From Alphaproteobacteria bacterium (lineage in GTDB: Bacteria; Pseudomonadota; Alphaproteobacteria; UBA828): DNA of 64,000 nucleotides. Below are positions 40,451 through 50,223 of the stretch, one piece after another; the first letter of the stretch is position 1; the number at the start of each line of letters is the position of its first letter. The notes under the pieces are model-generated. The model saw only the letters and a program-made list of their open reading frames with translations, made no database searches and was not told where the DNA came from. The DNA lies in the NCBI GenBank assembly GCA_963667785.2, contig CAXXMU010000001.1:672001-736000 (forward strand), in the 5' to 3' direction. The position numbers were made by a program, and so were the translations under genes.

Positions 40451-41869
40451 CACCGCCACGAGAGCACCGGATAGAGTGGCCTTGGCATGAACTGCAGTCC
40501 TCATCACTTCGAGCGTCTCTGCTCTTTGCCGGTGAGCGGCGCATGGAAGCGGAGAACTACCTTGCGAAGGGCTTCGCCACCAGCTTAGCAATTCAGACGA
40601 AGTCGTCGGGCCACACTCGCCTGTCAGATGTTGCTCGCACTTGGCAGCCATCTCGATTGAAAGGAATTCAAGTTAGTCGTCAATTCGGAACCCCCTTTCT
40701 GACCGCAACTCAAGTTTATGACGTTCGACCAGTACCAAGAAAGTGGTTATCGCTCGATCGTACTCGTAACCACACAGAAAGGCTTGTGTCCCAAGGAACC
40801 ATTCTTGTGACTTGCTCTGGAAATGTCGGACGAGCGACACTCGCACGTTTGGCGATTGAGGACTTGCTCATTTCTCATGACCTTTTGCGTTTAGAAATGC
40901 TTCAGAAAGACTATTGGGGTTGGATATACGCGTACCTTCGGGCTCCTACTGTCCGGGAAATGATGAAAGCCACTCAATACGGTCATATTATCAAACACCT
41001 CGAAACCCACCACCTTGACGAACTCCCAGTTATTGTACCGAGACATAGCTCTCAGTTGGTGCGTTGCAATAACGCTGCACGACAAGTGTTGAATTACCGA
41101 AATGAAGCGTTTCGGAAAGCAAGTGCGGCAGACCAACTTTTCGAGAACCAGTTTTCTGCAGTACGTGACAAGTTCGATGAGACCCGCTTTGCTCGGCGAG
41201 CCAGTCAAACTCTGTTCTCGTCGCGCCGCCGATTTGATGCGTGGACCTATAATCCTGAAAAAATGTCCATAGAAAGATTGTTGCAAAAAAGGTAGCGAAG
41301 CCTGGTCAACACTGCAGGAGATAGGTTGTAGTGTGTGGCTGCCGAATAGATTTAGAAGAATTCCGGCACGGGATGGGATTGAGCTCATCGATAGCTCTCA
41401 AATCTTCGAGGTTAATCCCGACTATGCTCGACGAGTTGCGATCTCCGGGATCTCCGATCCTAATGACGGGTTCGTGTCTCCAGGATGGTTAATGGTGGCG
41501 CGGTCCGGTCAAATATACGGATTGCTCGGCTCAGTGACGATCGCGACCAAGCTTCATGCGGGGAAGATCGTATCAGACGACGTGATCCGAATTGTGCCAG
41601 GCGAGGATGTTCTGGCGGGCTATCTGTATGTTGCAATGGGACACGCTTTGCTCGGTCGGGGACGTGTAAAGTCTCTAGCGTATGGCTCAAGCATTCCACA
41701 CATCGAAGTTGACGACCTGAAGGAGTTGGCTATTCCCAGGCTCGACCGATCACTAGAGAAGAAGATCGCCGAACTGGTAGAGAGTGCGTTCTTCCTTTGG
41801 GCTCAAGCAGATGAAATGGAAAAGGAACTGTCTTGCTTAGCAGAAGATGAAATCCAAAGAACTCTTTGA
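40429..41869 (+). pseudogene. RM specificity (S) subunit with two TRDs, frameshifted at an A6 tract (41285-41290)
   Basis: Two homologous halves (GTILVTCSG / GWLMVARSG; YGHIIKHLE / YGSSIPHIE); removing one A joins ORFs 40429-41295 and 41333-41869. Confidence 0.75.
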
Positions 41870-42096
41870 TGAGGACCGAGTATTCTAGGTAGAACAGGGG
41901 CTCTATGTGGATTCGGACGACGAGAACCGCGGAGTCAAACGTAAGAACAGCCAACCGTTTTCCCGAAAAGCCTCAATATTGTATCAAGTATCAAAATGTC
42001 GCGTTGATGTGAGATAACGCTAGACAAGGAGCAACTCAACTTCAGAGGATCTGATGAATCAACTGGGGTCTTCGTATACATGGGAAGAAGCTCAGC

Positions 42097-44172
42097 ATGA
42101 ATTATGACGGGAGTCGAGCCCTAGAGCTCCTAAGGAGCGGAACCAACGACCGGAACTCGGTATTTCGTGAAGGACAAGAGGAAGCAATTCGGCACATCGT
42201 CGAGGGCCGCGGGCGGCTCCTCGTCGTTCAGAAGACTGGATGGGGCAAGAGCTTCGTCTATTTCATTGCCACCAAGCTGCTGCGCCAGGCGGGCTCAGGG
42301 CCTGCTCTGCTCGTGTCGCCGCTGCTTTCGCTCATGCGAAACCAGATCGAAGCAGCCGAGAGGATGGGCGTACATGCCCTCCAGATGACCTCTGAAAACC
42401 AGGAGGAGTGGTCCACGGTCGTAGATCGCCTTGAACGCGACGAAGCAGATATCCTTCTGATCGCTCCCGAGCGCTTCGGCAATGAACACTTTCGCACCCA
42501 AGTGCTCGCCGATATTGCAGGACGAATCTCCCTTCTTGTGATCGACGAAGCCCACTGCATTTCCGACTGGGGGCATGACTTCAGGCCGCATTACCGGCTG
42601 ATCGAACGCATTGCTTGCACCTTACCGCCGAACCTTCGGCTGCTCGCAACGACTGCGACCGCAAATGATCGAGTATTGGAAGATTTGCGCCTCGTTCTAG
42701 GCCCCAATCTGGAGGTGTTTCGTGGAGACCTCAATCGACCCTCCCTCAAGCTTCAGACCATACGCCTCGTCCAACAGTCGGAACGCCTCGCATGGCTGGC
42801 GCAACAGATCCCCCTCCTCCCTGGCAACGGGATCATCTACACCCTAACTGTGCGTGACGCCAACCAAGTGGCAGACTGGCTTCATTCACAGAATATCAAG
42901 GTGGAAGCCTACACCGGGCAGACAGGAGATCGCCGAGAAGAGCTGGAACAGGCTTTACTCAACAACGAAGTGAAGGCGCTGGTCGCCACCATCGCTCTCG
43001 GAATGGGCTTCGATAAACCCGATCTCGCCTTCGTCGTTCACTACCAGAGCCCAGCCTCGGTCGTGGCCTACTATCAGCAGGTAGGGCGCGCCGGCCGAGC
43101 GATCGATGCAGCCTACGGGGTCGTGCTGAGCGGTGAAGAGGAAACAGAAATCGCCGAATACTTTATCGACAGCGCCTTTCCCACCCGTGACGAGGTTGAT
43201 CAGGTGATTGCGGCTCTTGAGGCCACGCCCGATGGTCTCTCCGTCCCGAGCTTTCTTGGAGAGGTCAACATTAGTCGGGGAAGAATCGAAAAGACGATTG
43301 CACTCCTGTCGCTTGAGGCACCGGCGCCCATAGCCAAGGTCGGAACGAAGTGGCAGTTGACCGCAGCAGACCTCGACGATCAGTTTTGGGCACGAGCCGA
43401 ACGTCTGACCCGGCTTCGTCGTGAAGAGCGGGACCAGATGCAAGAATATGTCCAGCTTGAGTCCGGGCACATGGAGTATCTCATCCGCGCCCTCGACGGG
43501 GAGCCAGGGGAAATCCGACCTCCTGATCTACCCGACCTTCCAGTCCAAGCCGCACCTGAGCTGGTCCACGAGGCGGTACAATTTCTTCGACGTACCAGCA
43601 TGCCTATCAAGCCTCGCAAGCAATGGCCGATCGGTGGATTGCCCCGATTCGACCTTCGAGGGAGCATTCCCGCGGGCCTTCGCGCGGAGCCCGGAAGAGC
43701 CCTCTGCATCTGGCGCGATGCGGGATGGGGTGACCTCGTTCGAAGAGGCAAGTACGAGGACGGACGATTCGCGGATGAACTTGTCCACGCTTGTGCCCGA
43801 ATGGTTGCCGAATGGTCCCCGCAGCCACCACCTCAGTGGGTAACCTGCGTTCCCTCACGACGACACCCCGATCTCGTCCCCGAGTTTGCTTCGCGCTTGG
43901 CGAACCTGCTTCAGCTGCCGTTTCATCAAGCGTTGGAGGCGAGCGAGGATCGCGCCGAACAGAAGCTAATGGCCAATAGTACCCAGCAGGCCCGCAACGT
44001 GGATGGCTCGCTTTCACTTTATCAAGGGCCTATCTTCGAGAGTCCGGTCCTCTTGGTGGATGACATGGTCGATTCCCGCTGGACGTTGACGCTGGCCGCG
44101 TGGTTGCTGCTCTCGAACGGTAGCGGAGAGGTCTGGCCCCTCGCCCTCGCACTTGCAGGCGGCAGCTCATGA
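42097..44172 (+). CDS. RecQ-family helicase with C-terminal PRTase domain (PsyrT/RqlH-like)
   Basis: [43 protein letters not shown]; [16 protein letters not shown]-binding motif. Confidence 0.9.
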   Translation: MNYDGSRALELLRSGTNDRNSVFREGQEEAIRHIVEGRGRLLVVQKTGWGKSFVYFIATKLLRQAGSGPALLVSPLLSLMRNQIEAAERMGVHALQMTSENQEEWSTVVDRLERDEADILLIAPERFGNEHFRTQVLADIAGRISLLVIDEAHCISDWGHDFRPHYRLIERIACTLPPNLRLLATTATANDRVLEDLRLVLGPNLEVFRGDLNRPSLKLQTIRLVQQSERLAWLAQQIPLLPGNGIIYTLTVRDANQVADWLHSQNIKVEAYTGQTGDRREELEQALLNNEVKALVATIALGMGFDKPDLAFVVHYQSPASVVAYYQQVGRAGRAIDAAYGVVLSGEEETEIAEYFIDSAFPTRDEVDQVIAALEATPDGLSVPSFLGEVNISRGRIEKTIALLSLEAPAPIAKVGTKWQLTAADLDDQFWARAERLTRLRREERDQMQEYVQLESGHMEYLIRALDGEPGEIRPPDLPDLPVQAAPELVHEAVQFLRRTSMPIKPRKQWPIGGLPRFDLRGSIPAGLRAEPGRALCIWRDAGWGDLVRRGKYEDGRFADELVHACARMVAEWSPQPPPQWVTCVPSRRHPDLVPEFASRLANLLQLPFHQALEASEDRAEQKLMANSTQQARNVDGSLSLYQGPIFESPVLLVDDMVDSRWTLTLAAWLLLSNGSGEVWPLALALAGGSS

Positions 44173-45593
44173 ACACCGACCTGTCTTCCAACGCGCAGGC
44201 GATTTTGCTGCTGACCGCTCCACTGATCATCGGTCAGAGCCGGTCATGCATCAAACCGCTCACCGCCAGCGAATATCGTGCTCTCGCCCGTCGTCTGAGG
44301 GAACTCAAGCGCCAACCTGCAGACCTGCTCGAGCCCGGTTCAACGAACGAGCTGACTGAATGGGGGTTCGATCTGGAAACCGGCCGCCTCCTCCAACTGC
44401 TCGATCGAGGCTTCCTCCTTGCCCAGGCGATCGAGCGCTGGCGCACCCGAGCGATCTGGGTGCTGAGCCGTGCGGATCCGGGTTACCCAACCCGCTTCAA
44501 GGAGCGACTCGGAGAAGACGCCCCCCCAGTTCTCTATGGTTGCGGCCATGCCTCCATTATGAATACGGGAGGCCTTGCGGTTGTGGGCTCCCGAAACCTG
44601 CACGATACGCTTATCGAATACTCCGAAGCGATAGGGCGACTCACTGCCGGCTCGCGACGTACCGTCGTTTCCGGTGGTGCCAGGGGTGCAGATCAGGCAG
44701 CGATGCGTGGAGCACTGATAGCCGGAGGACGCTCAGTGGCGGTGCTGGCAGACAGCCTGGAGAAAGCCGTGATGCGGAGGGAGAATCGCGACGCACTGAT
44801 GGGTGGCCGCTTAGCCTTGATTTCCCCCTACGACCCCGCTGCCCGTTTTCAGGTCGGACATGCGATGCAACGCAACAAGCTGATCTATGCCCTCGCGGAT
44901 GCCGCACTCGTCGTCAATTCAGATTACAAAAAAGGCGGCACCTGGACCGGAGCGGTGGAGCAGCTCGACAAGCTCAGATTTGTCCCTGTATATGTTCGCT
45001 CCCATGGCGAATGCGGAAAGGGACTCGACGACCTTCGCGAACGGGGAGCGATCCCTTGGCCCGATCCGAAGACGCCCGAAACTTTAGAGATGTGCCTAAC
45101 TGCGCATCTCGCCCTTGATTCTCAGGCACCAGAGGACGGTACGGTCTCGCCACCTCAACGCGATGAACTGCCTGCCCCGACCGACGAACCGCAGGACAAG
45201 GTGTCGCCAAGTACACCGTCCTTCTCGCCTGCGGATGCCGCGCTACCCACGCCAGCCGAGCAGCTGTTCACCACGGTTATAACGCTGCTCGACTCTATGG
45301 ATGGACCTAGGACCGAGGCGCGTGTTGCCGAGTTTCTGAAGGTCTCCAAAACTCAGGCCAGCGCCTGGTTGAGAGGCTTCAAGGAAACCAAGCTCAGGGA
45401 ATTGTTCGAGCGAACGGATGAACTCAGAACAGAATCCGAGCTTGCAGAGGCGCTTCACGTTTCCGGATCTCAGATCCGCAGTTCCCTGAAGCGATTGGTA
45501 GACCAGGGTTTAATTGAGAAAATCCCTCGCCCGCGCCCCACTCGATATCGACGGGCGGGATCCATCGGGACGCTATTTGGTAGGCATGGTTGA
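44169..45593 (+). CDS. DprA/Smf (SLOG) protein with C-terminal HTH-like region (PsyrA/RqlI-like)
   Basis: [40 protein letters not shown]; overlaps helicase stop. Confidence 0.88.
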   Translation: MNTDLSSNAQAILLLTAPLIIGQSRSCIKPLTASEYRALARRLRELKRQPADLLEPGSTNELTEWGFDLETGRLLQLLDRGFLLAQAIERWRTRAIWVLSRADPGYPTRFKERLGEDAPPVLYGCGHASIMNTGGLAVVGSRNLHDTLIEYSEAIGRLTAGSRRTVVSGGARGADQAAMRGALIAGGRSVAVLADSLEKAVMRRENRDALMGGRLALISPYDPAARFQVGHAMQRNKLIYALADAALVVNSDYKKGGTWTGAVEQLDKLRFVPVYVRSHGECGKGLDDLRERGAIPWPDPKTPETLEMCLTAHLALDSQAPEDGTVSPPQRDELPAPTDEPQDKVSPSTPSFSPADAALPTPAEQLFTTVITLLDSMDGPRTEARVAEFLKVSKTQASAWLRGFKETKLRELFERTDELRTESELAEALHVSGSQIRSSLKRLVDQGLIEKIPRPRPTRYRRAGSIGTLFGRHG

Positions 45594-45686
45594 TTCTTCT
45601 GTCCGCTTCGGGGAAGCCCTGATCGCTCGGCAAGCTAGTTCCCTGCCTCCGACTGTCGGAAGCGAGGAGTGCTAGCTCTAGGCCAT

Positions 45687-45821
45687 TCACACAGGACGGA
45701 TCTCGCCGTCGGCCATCGAGCGGAAGCGCTCGACGACATAGCGCTCGTCGTCAAGGCCGCGCCCGAAGATGTGAACGAGGAAGGTTTCGCTGTTGCCGCG
45801 CTGCGCGCTGCCGATCTGCAT
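45687..45821 (-). CDS. Putative 44-aa small protein (copy 2) MQIGSAQRGNSETFLVHIFGRGLDDE-RYVVERFRSMADGEIRPV
   Basis: Same SD, start and first 26 aa as copy 1. Confidence 0.45.
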   Translation of the reverse strand: MQIGSAQRGNSETFLVHIFGRGLDDERYVVERFRSMADGEIRPV

Positions 45822-45933
45822 GGTGCCGCCTCCCGTTGGCCGGTCGATGAAGACGGCGGGCACAGCCCCCGCTGGAAGCCCGCGCCCGCCGTCCCGTTAC
45901 TGGCCAGGCTCTCCCTCTCGCTGGCGTGCGGGC
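45743..45933. repeat. 191-bp direct repeat copy 2
   Basis: Matches 32950-33140. Confidence 0.9.
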
Positions 45934-46330
45934 GACAATGGGGTGTGAAAGGATAGGGGTGGCGTGGAACGAGTGACCGACGGCCGATGGGTGTCAACGG
46001 CGGATCGAAGCCGCGCAGGTGGGAAGGGATGGCGGTCCGCGCGGGGTCGGCGAGAGGGCGGGCTAGGCGACTTCCGCACCGGTCTCGCCAGCGCCGTTGC
46101 TAATCACTGACGTGTCGACGCGAAGAGCCGTGCGCTGAGCGGGCTCATGCAACTGTTCGTCGCGTCAATGGATCGCGCGGCAGTCGGTGATGTGCGAAGG
46201 CGGAGTGTGGTTAACCAGCCACCTCTATAACGCTTGCGGCATCAGCAGGCCGCGGTCGGCCAAAATAATGAAGAAGTTGCGCAGCCCGAGGCGTTAGACT
46301 TGCAGACTAGGCGAATAAGGGGCCTAAACA

Positions 46331-46840
46331 CTAAACATTCAAGGAATTATCTTCATCTCCGTAGCAGTGATAGTTCGGTATGTCATCGTACCTGTCGGTC
46401 AGCATCAGACCCGATACTTCGCTGAGAAGGCTTCTTCGCGCTCCCCAATTAAGGACGTGAATATCGGCGATTTCAGCGGCGAGAGCCCCGAGCGTTTGGA
46501 TATTGCGTGAATTCGCGGCGGGCCAGTGGCTATGGATCAACAATGTCTCAACCAAGTCGATCTGGTGCGCCCATTCTGCATCCGTTGATGTTCGTTCTCC
46601 TGCAAGACGACCGACATAATAGCGGATATTTCGCGCATCCTGGTTGTAATGCCAATACTCCTGTTGCAGCCTGGCAGAGAAAGTTTGCCCACTAGCCTTG
46701 CCAATATACAGAAGAACATCGGAGCCATAGATCGGATGAGAGCCATAGACCTGATATACACCATAATCGTAATCGTCGTCCATTCCTTGCACTTCTTGCA
46801 ACGTGAAGGGACCGTCCCATTGAAGGTGAAGCACGGGCAT
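46331..46840 (-). CDS. GIY-YIG-like nuclease
   Basis: GVYQVY...LLYIGKA..SARL..E..N pattern; GGAG SD. Confidence 0.7.
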   Translation of the reverse strand: MPVLHLQWDGPFTLQEVQGMDDDYDYGVYQVYGSHPIYGSDVLLYIGKASGQTFSARLQQEYWHYNQDARNIRYYVGRLAGERTSTDAEWAHQIDLVETLLIHSHWPAANSRNIQTLGALAAEIADIHVLNWGARRSLLSEVSGLMLTDRYDDIPNYHCYGDEDNSLNV

Positions 46841-46852
46841 CGGTTATCTCCT

Positions 46853-46945
46853 ATCGGTTGGGGCACCGCCGAGCACTGGATGCGCGTGCAGGCTGCGCAC
46901 GAGCTTGCGCAGACGCGTCGGGAGATGATTGCCGCTGAACGGTGC
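46853..46945 (+). pseudogene. HigA-type antitoxin C-terminal remnant
   Basis: IGWGTAEHWMRVQAAHELAQTRR resembles the HigA C-terminal helix; no N-terminal HTH. Confidence 0.5.
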
Positions 46946-47818
46946 GCAGGCGCATTCCCGGCAAGAACCGGTCTCCTGGCCCGCAGGTGCTGACAAGGCC
47001 GCCTGTCCGCGGTGCCGCATCCGCGGGCTTGTGCCTTTCCATCAAGTCGACAGCATCATGCGGAAATTCGCCCACAAGAATCCCGACCCAACCCGCTCTT
47101 CCGCAGCCTGCTGGGCGTCATTTTGCCAGCAGCCTCCATACGACGGCCTGTCGCATAACCCCCCGGCGCGCGCCTCCTATCATGCCCCTGGGTCGCCAGC
47201 AACACCGCACCGGGGCCCCAGAATTCGCGATTGTCGGAATTCCTTGGCAAAGGGCGTACATCCTTGCCTATCGGGGGTCGGCAAGCGACAATCTCAACCT
47301 CTTTGAAAGTCTCGTTCTTGCTGACAGTGAGTGTTGCCGGGAACGCTTCGAGCAAATGGAAAAGGAGCTAGAAGATGAGAGGAAGAAGCTGGCGCTATAT
47401 TGACCACATTGAGAGGCGAGCGGCAGCGAAGGCAATCAACAAGACTGTTGGGATGTTGGAAGAAGTCTTTGGCGTGAAGGCTGAGGGAAGCAGCCCCACA
47501 CGACGGCGCAAGTCCGTGATAGATAAAATTGACCGGAAAATGCGGAAGGCGCGGAAGAAACAGAAGGGAAAATGAGCATGCACAAACTTCTGTTTGCCCC
47601 TTTTCCGCCCACCATAAAGCGCCCCTGAGAGCCGAGATGCTGAACTCGCCTCTATAGTGTCGGAGGCACTGACCGGCAACCAACTATCGGAGAATCGGGT
47701 GGCCGGGCGTGCGGGGCCCGTTGTCCTTCGTCGCCGGTTTGATATAGCTGGCGATCAGCGGGCGTGACACGCGGTGCCGGGAGGAGCCGGCACCGGCCGT
47801 TGCAAGAGGGTGAGCGAG

Positions 47819-48949
47819 GTGCAGGAAGAGCTGTTCAAAGTCTGGCTGGGGATCGAGCGGGGACTGAGCGCCGGGACTGTCGGAAGCCGGATCAGCAACT
47901 GCAAGCGTGTGGAGCGTTATGAGGGCGATCTTGACGCCCATTATGATGCAGATGGACTGGCCAGCGTGATGGACTGCCTGAGCCCAAAGAGGCCGGAGCA
48001 CAAGATCCCGATCGATGGCAACGTCTACAACGGCACGGCGACGCTGAAGAACGCGGTTGGCCTCTATCGCGACTTTAGAAATGCGGGCAGCGGCAAAGTC
48101 GGTTCGACTGAAGCGCCGCAAGCGAAGCAACGACCTCAAGAGTGGCGAACCCGGCAACCGAGTGCAGACTGGCCGGCGTGGCCGACACCGAGCGACGAGG
48201 ATTTGCTTGAGCTTGCTCGAGCGATGACACCGTTCGTGCGCTTCCTCGATCCCGGCATCGTCTACGCTGTCGTCGAGGATAATCTCCGCATGGGGGCAGA
48301 CTGGTCTTCCCGGCTTGAGGCGCTCGGCATCGATTCCGCCATTTATCTGTGGGAAGGCTCGCCCTGCGTCTTCCCGGGCGTTCGTCGGTACGCCGGAAGC
48401 ACGGAGATTGCGGTGTTCCGGCAACGGGCTACGGCGGACGAAGTCCCCCCGCAATGCCTTGCGCTCGACGACAACGACTATCCGAAGCAATTGTGGGCGT
48501 TCGCCTTCACCGGCAAGCCGTTCCGCAAGCGCGGACCGGACGGCTACCAGCTTGCGCACCTCTTGGACCACAAGGAATACGGGAACCGCTGGCGTGAGGA
48601 GTTGGATATCCTGCCGGATGCCAAGGACCCGGTACTGCCGTACGGGTTGTTCACGAGCGCGGCGAACTCGGCTTATGTACCGGGTGCTTTCCTGAGGCCC
48701 ACGGACTTCTCGCCCAAGCTCCGGAGTCTGATCCAGAGACGGGCGCTGCTACTCTACGGCAACATATGCCACATCGTTCCGCCTTCCTTGTCAGTAAAGG
48801 CCTGCGAAGACCAGAACTGGTCTCTCGACAATTTCCAGTGGAGCACGCCCGTAGGTGGCATGGACAACGTTCCTGGCTTTCTGGAGTTCCGTCGCGAGCG
48901 CCTGGAGGAACTCTTCGACAAGCGGCATGCAGCGCTGCGGACGGACTAA
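47819..48949 (+). CDS. Hypothetical two-domain protein, possible HNH-like nuclease
   Basis: Long ORF with GAGG before GTG; N-terminal SRISNCKRVE..GDLD domain; YQLAHLLDHK...SAAN motif. Confidence 0.6.
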   Translation: MQEELFKVWLGIERGLSAGTVGSRISNCKRVERYEGDLDAHYDADGLASVMDCLSPKRPEHKIPIDGNVYNGTATLKNAVGLYRDFRNAGSGKVGSTEAPQAKQRPQEWRTRQPSADWPAWPTPSDEDLLELARAMTPFVRFLDPGIVYAVVEDNLRMGADWSSRLEALGIDSAIYLWEGSPCVFPGVRRYAGSTEIAVFRQRATADEVPPQCLALDDNDYPKQLWAFAFTGKPFRKRGPDGYQLAHLLDHKEYGNRWREELDILPDAKDPVLPYGLFTSAANSAYVPGAFLRPTDFSPKLRSLIQRRALLLYGNICHIVPPSLSVKACEDQNWSLDNFQWSTPVGGMDNVPGFLEFRRERLEELFDKRHAALRTD

Positions 48950-49070
48950 CGGGACCTGCTGAGAACCACAAGCTGCTGGGGTCGAATGACGGTGGTAGCA
49001 GGGTCTTTTGCGAAGCCGGGGACGGAAGTGCGCCGCTGCCGTGCATTGTAATGACGCAGCGGTCGGCGCG

Positions 49071-49230
49071 TTATCGCGGGGCGGCGTGTCCGGCCATGGG
49101 CTTCGCCATGGAGGCGAACCAGTCCCGCACATGCTCGACCGCGATCTCGTGGACGGCGAGATGGCCGAGCGACGGGAGGTTATACTTGCGCGGCGCATGT
49201 GCGCTGCGGACTGCGATGATTCGATGCGGG
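49071..49230 (-). pseudogene. Integrase core-binding domain remnant
   Basis: KYNLPSLGHLAVHEIAVEHVRDWFASM resembles the core-binding domain of tyrosine integrases; truncated. Confidence 0.5.
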
Positions 49231-49423
49231 ATAGGCACCTTGCACGGCACGGGGCGCGCGGACGCTCTCGGCGATCTCAAAAGTCAGGAGCACCCTGGAG
49301 TTTACTTTCTTGTGCTTACTTGGTGTGTATTTTCTCTGATCCGGTGTCGCAGTCACGCCCGCGCGGCCTTCCAAGCCATTGAGTTGAAACGACTATTATC
49401 GTCGATGCGGTAGATCGTGCCAG

Positions 49424-49442
49424 TGGTGAGAAATGCGGGCTA
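49424..49442. repeat. Perfect 19-bp inverted repeat of 29528-29546
   Basis: tggtgagaaatgcgggcta is the reverse complement of tagcccgcatttctcacca. Confidence 0.9.
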
Positions 49443-50177
49443 AGGCACCGGGTCATCGGCCGGGAGCGGGCCGGCGGGCGGGTCGAGGCCCGCCTTCGTG
49501 CGTCGCACGTGCTTGAGCGCTTCCCGCCGGCTCAGATCCGAAAGCGCCGGATGGGCGCCGACGAACGCCACCACCCAGTCCGGGTCGGTCTTGGAATACT
49601 CGCGCAGCGCCCAGCCGATGCCCTTTCGCAGGAAGAACTCCTGCGCACCGATGGACGGTCGGATCGCGTCGGCCAGCAGCCCGGTGTCCGTTGTGCGCTT
49701 AGCCCGAAGCTGCGCGAGTATCGCGGTCCGCCGTTTCCAGATGTCGTCGTCCTTCGCCCATTCGCGCAGCACGGCCTTCATCGGGCGGGGATGGGCGGCA
49801 AGCATGGTGCCGACCCCCCGGCCGGCGATCGCGTCCACGTAGTCCCACCAGGCGCCGGTGACCACCAGCTCCTCGACAAGGGGAAGTCTCGCCGGCTCCA
49901 GCCAGCGCGAATAGCGGCGGAAGAGCAGCAGCTCGATGGCCGCGTAGCGTTCCTCCCGGTGGGCGGCCTTGCGCCACAGGTCGAGGATCGTCGCCTCCCA
50001 CGCGCGGGCGTCCGGCAGCGGGTGCGTCCTGAACACGGAAGCGGCGATACGCCGGCATTGCGGCACGCCCACGCCGAAATAGGGCATGGCCGACTTCATG
50101 TATGCCTGCTGCTGCGGTGCTCTTGCCGGATCGGCGGCGTCGCGCAAGGCGGCGATGACGGAGTCCCGGATGTTCAT
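49440..50177 (-). CDS. alkD: DNA alkylation repair protein (AlkD family)
   Basis: QAYMK, REERY, WWDYVD, IWKRR, EFFLRKGIGWALREYSK, LSRREALK. Confidence 0.88.
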   Translation of the reverse strand: MNIRDSVIAALRDAADPARAPQQQAYMKSAMPYFGVGVPQCRRIAASVFRTHPLPDARAWEATILDLWRKAAHREERYAAIELLLFRRYSRWLEPARLPLVEELVVTGAWWDYVDAIAGRGVGTMLAAHPRPMKAVLREWAKDDDIWKRRTAILAQLRAKRTTDTGLLADAIRPSIGAQEFFLRKGIGWALREYSKTDPDWVVAFVGAHPALSDLSRREALKHVRRTKAGLDPPAGPLPADDPVP

Positions 50178-50223
50178 CGCAAGGCCGGTCCGACCCGGCG
50201 GCGCGTGCCTACCCGCCCGTTGT

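Larger units (their letters stand above)
29842..49423. mobile_element. Genomic (defence) island
   Basis: Integrase at left edge, visibly lower GC in the cargo, two IS, RM/GmrSD/RecQ-DprA cargo, 10-bp direct repeat tggtgagaaa at 29832-29841 and 49424-49433. Confidence 0.8.

Noticed and set aside
44169-45593. Competence dprA with housekeeping recQ
   Set aside because: Island location, PRTase fusion and coupling of the two genes fit PsyrTA/RqlHI better
29842-49423. Prophage, ICE or integron
   Set aside because: No structural, conjugation or replication genes; the integrase is arm-type rather than IntI; no RYYYAAC...GTTRRRY attC series recognised
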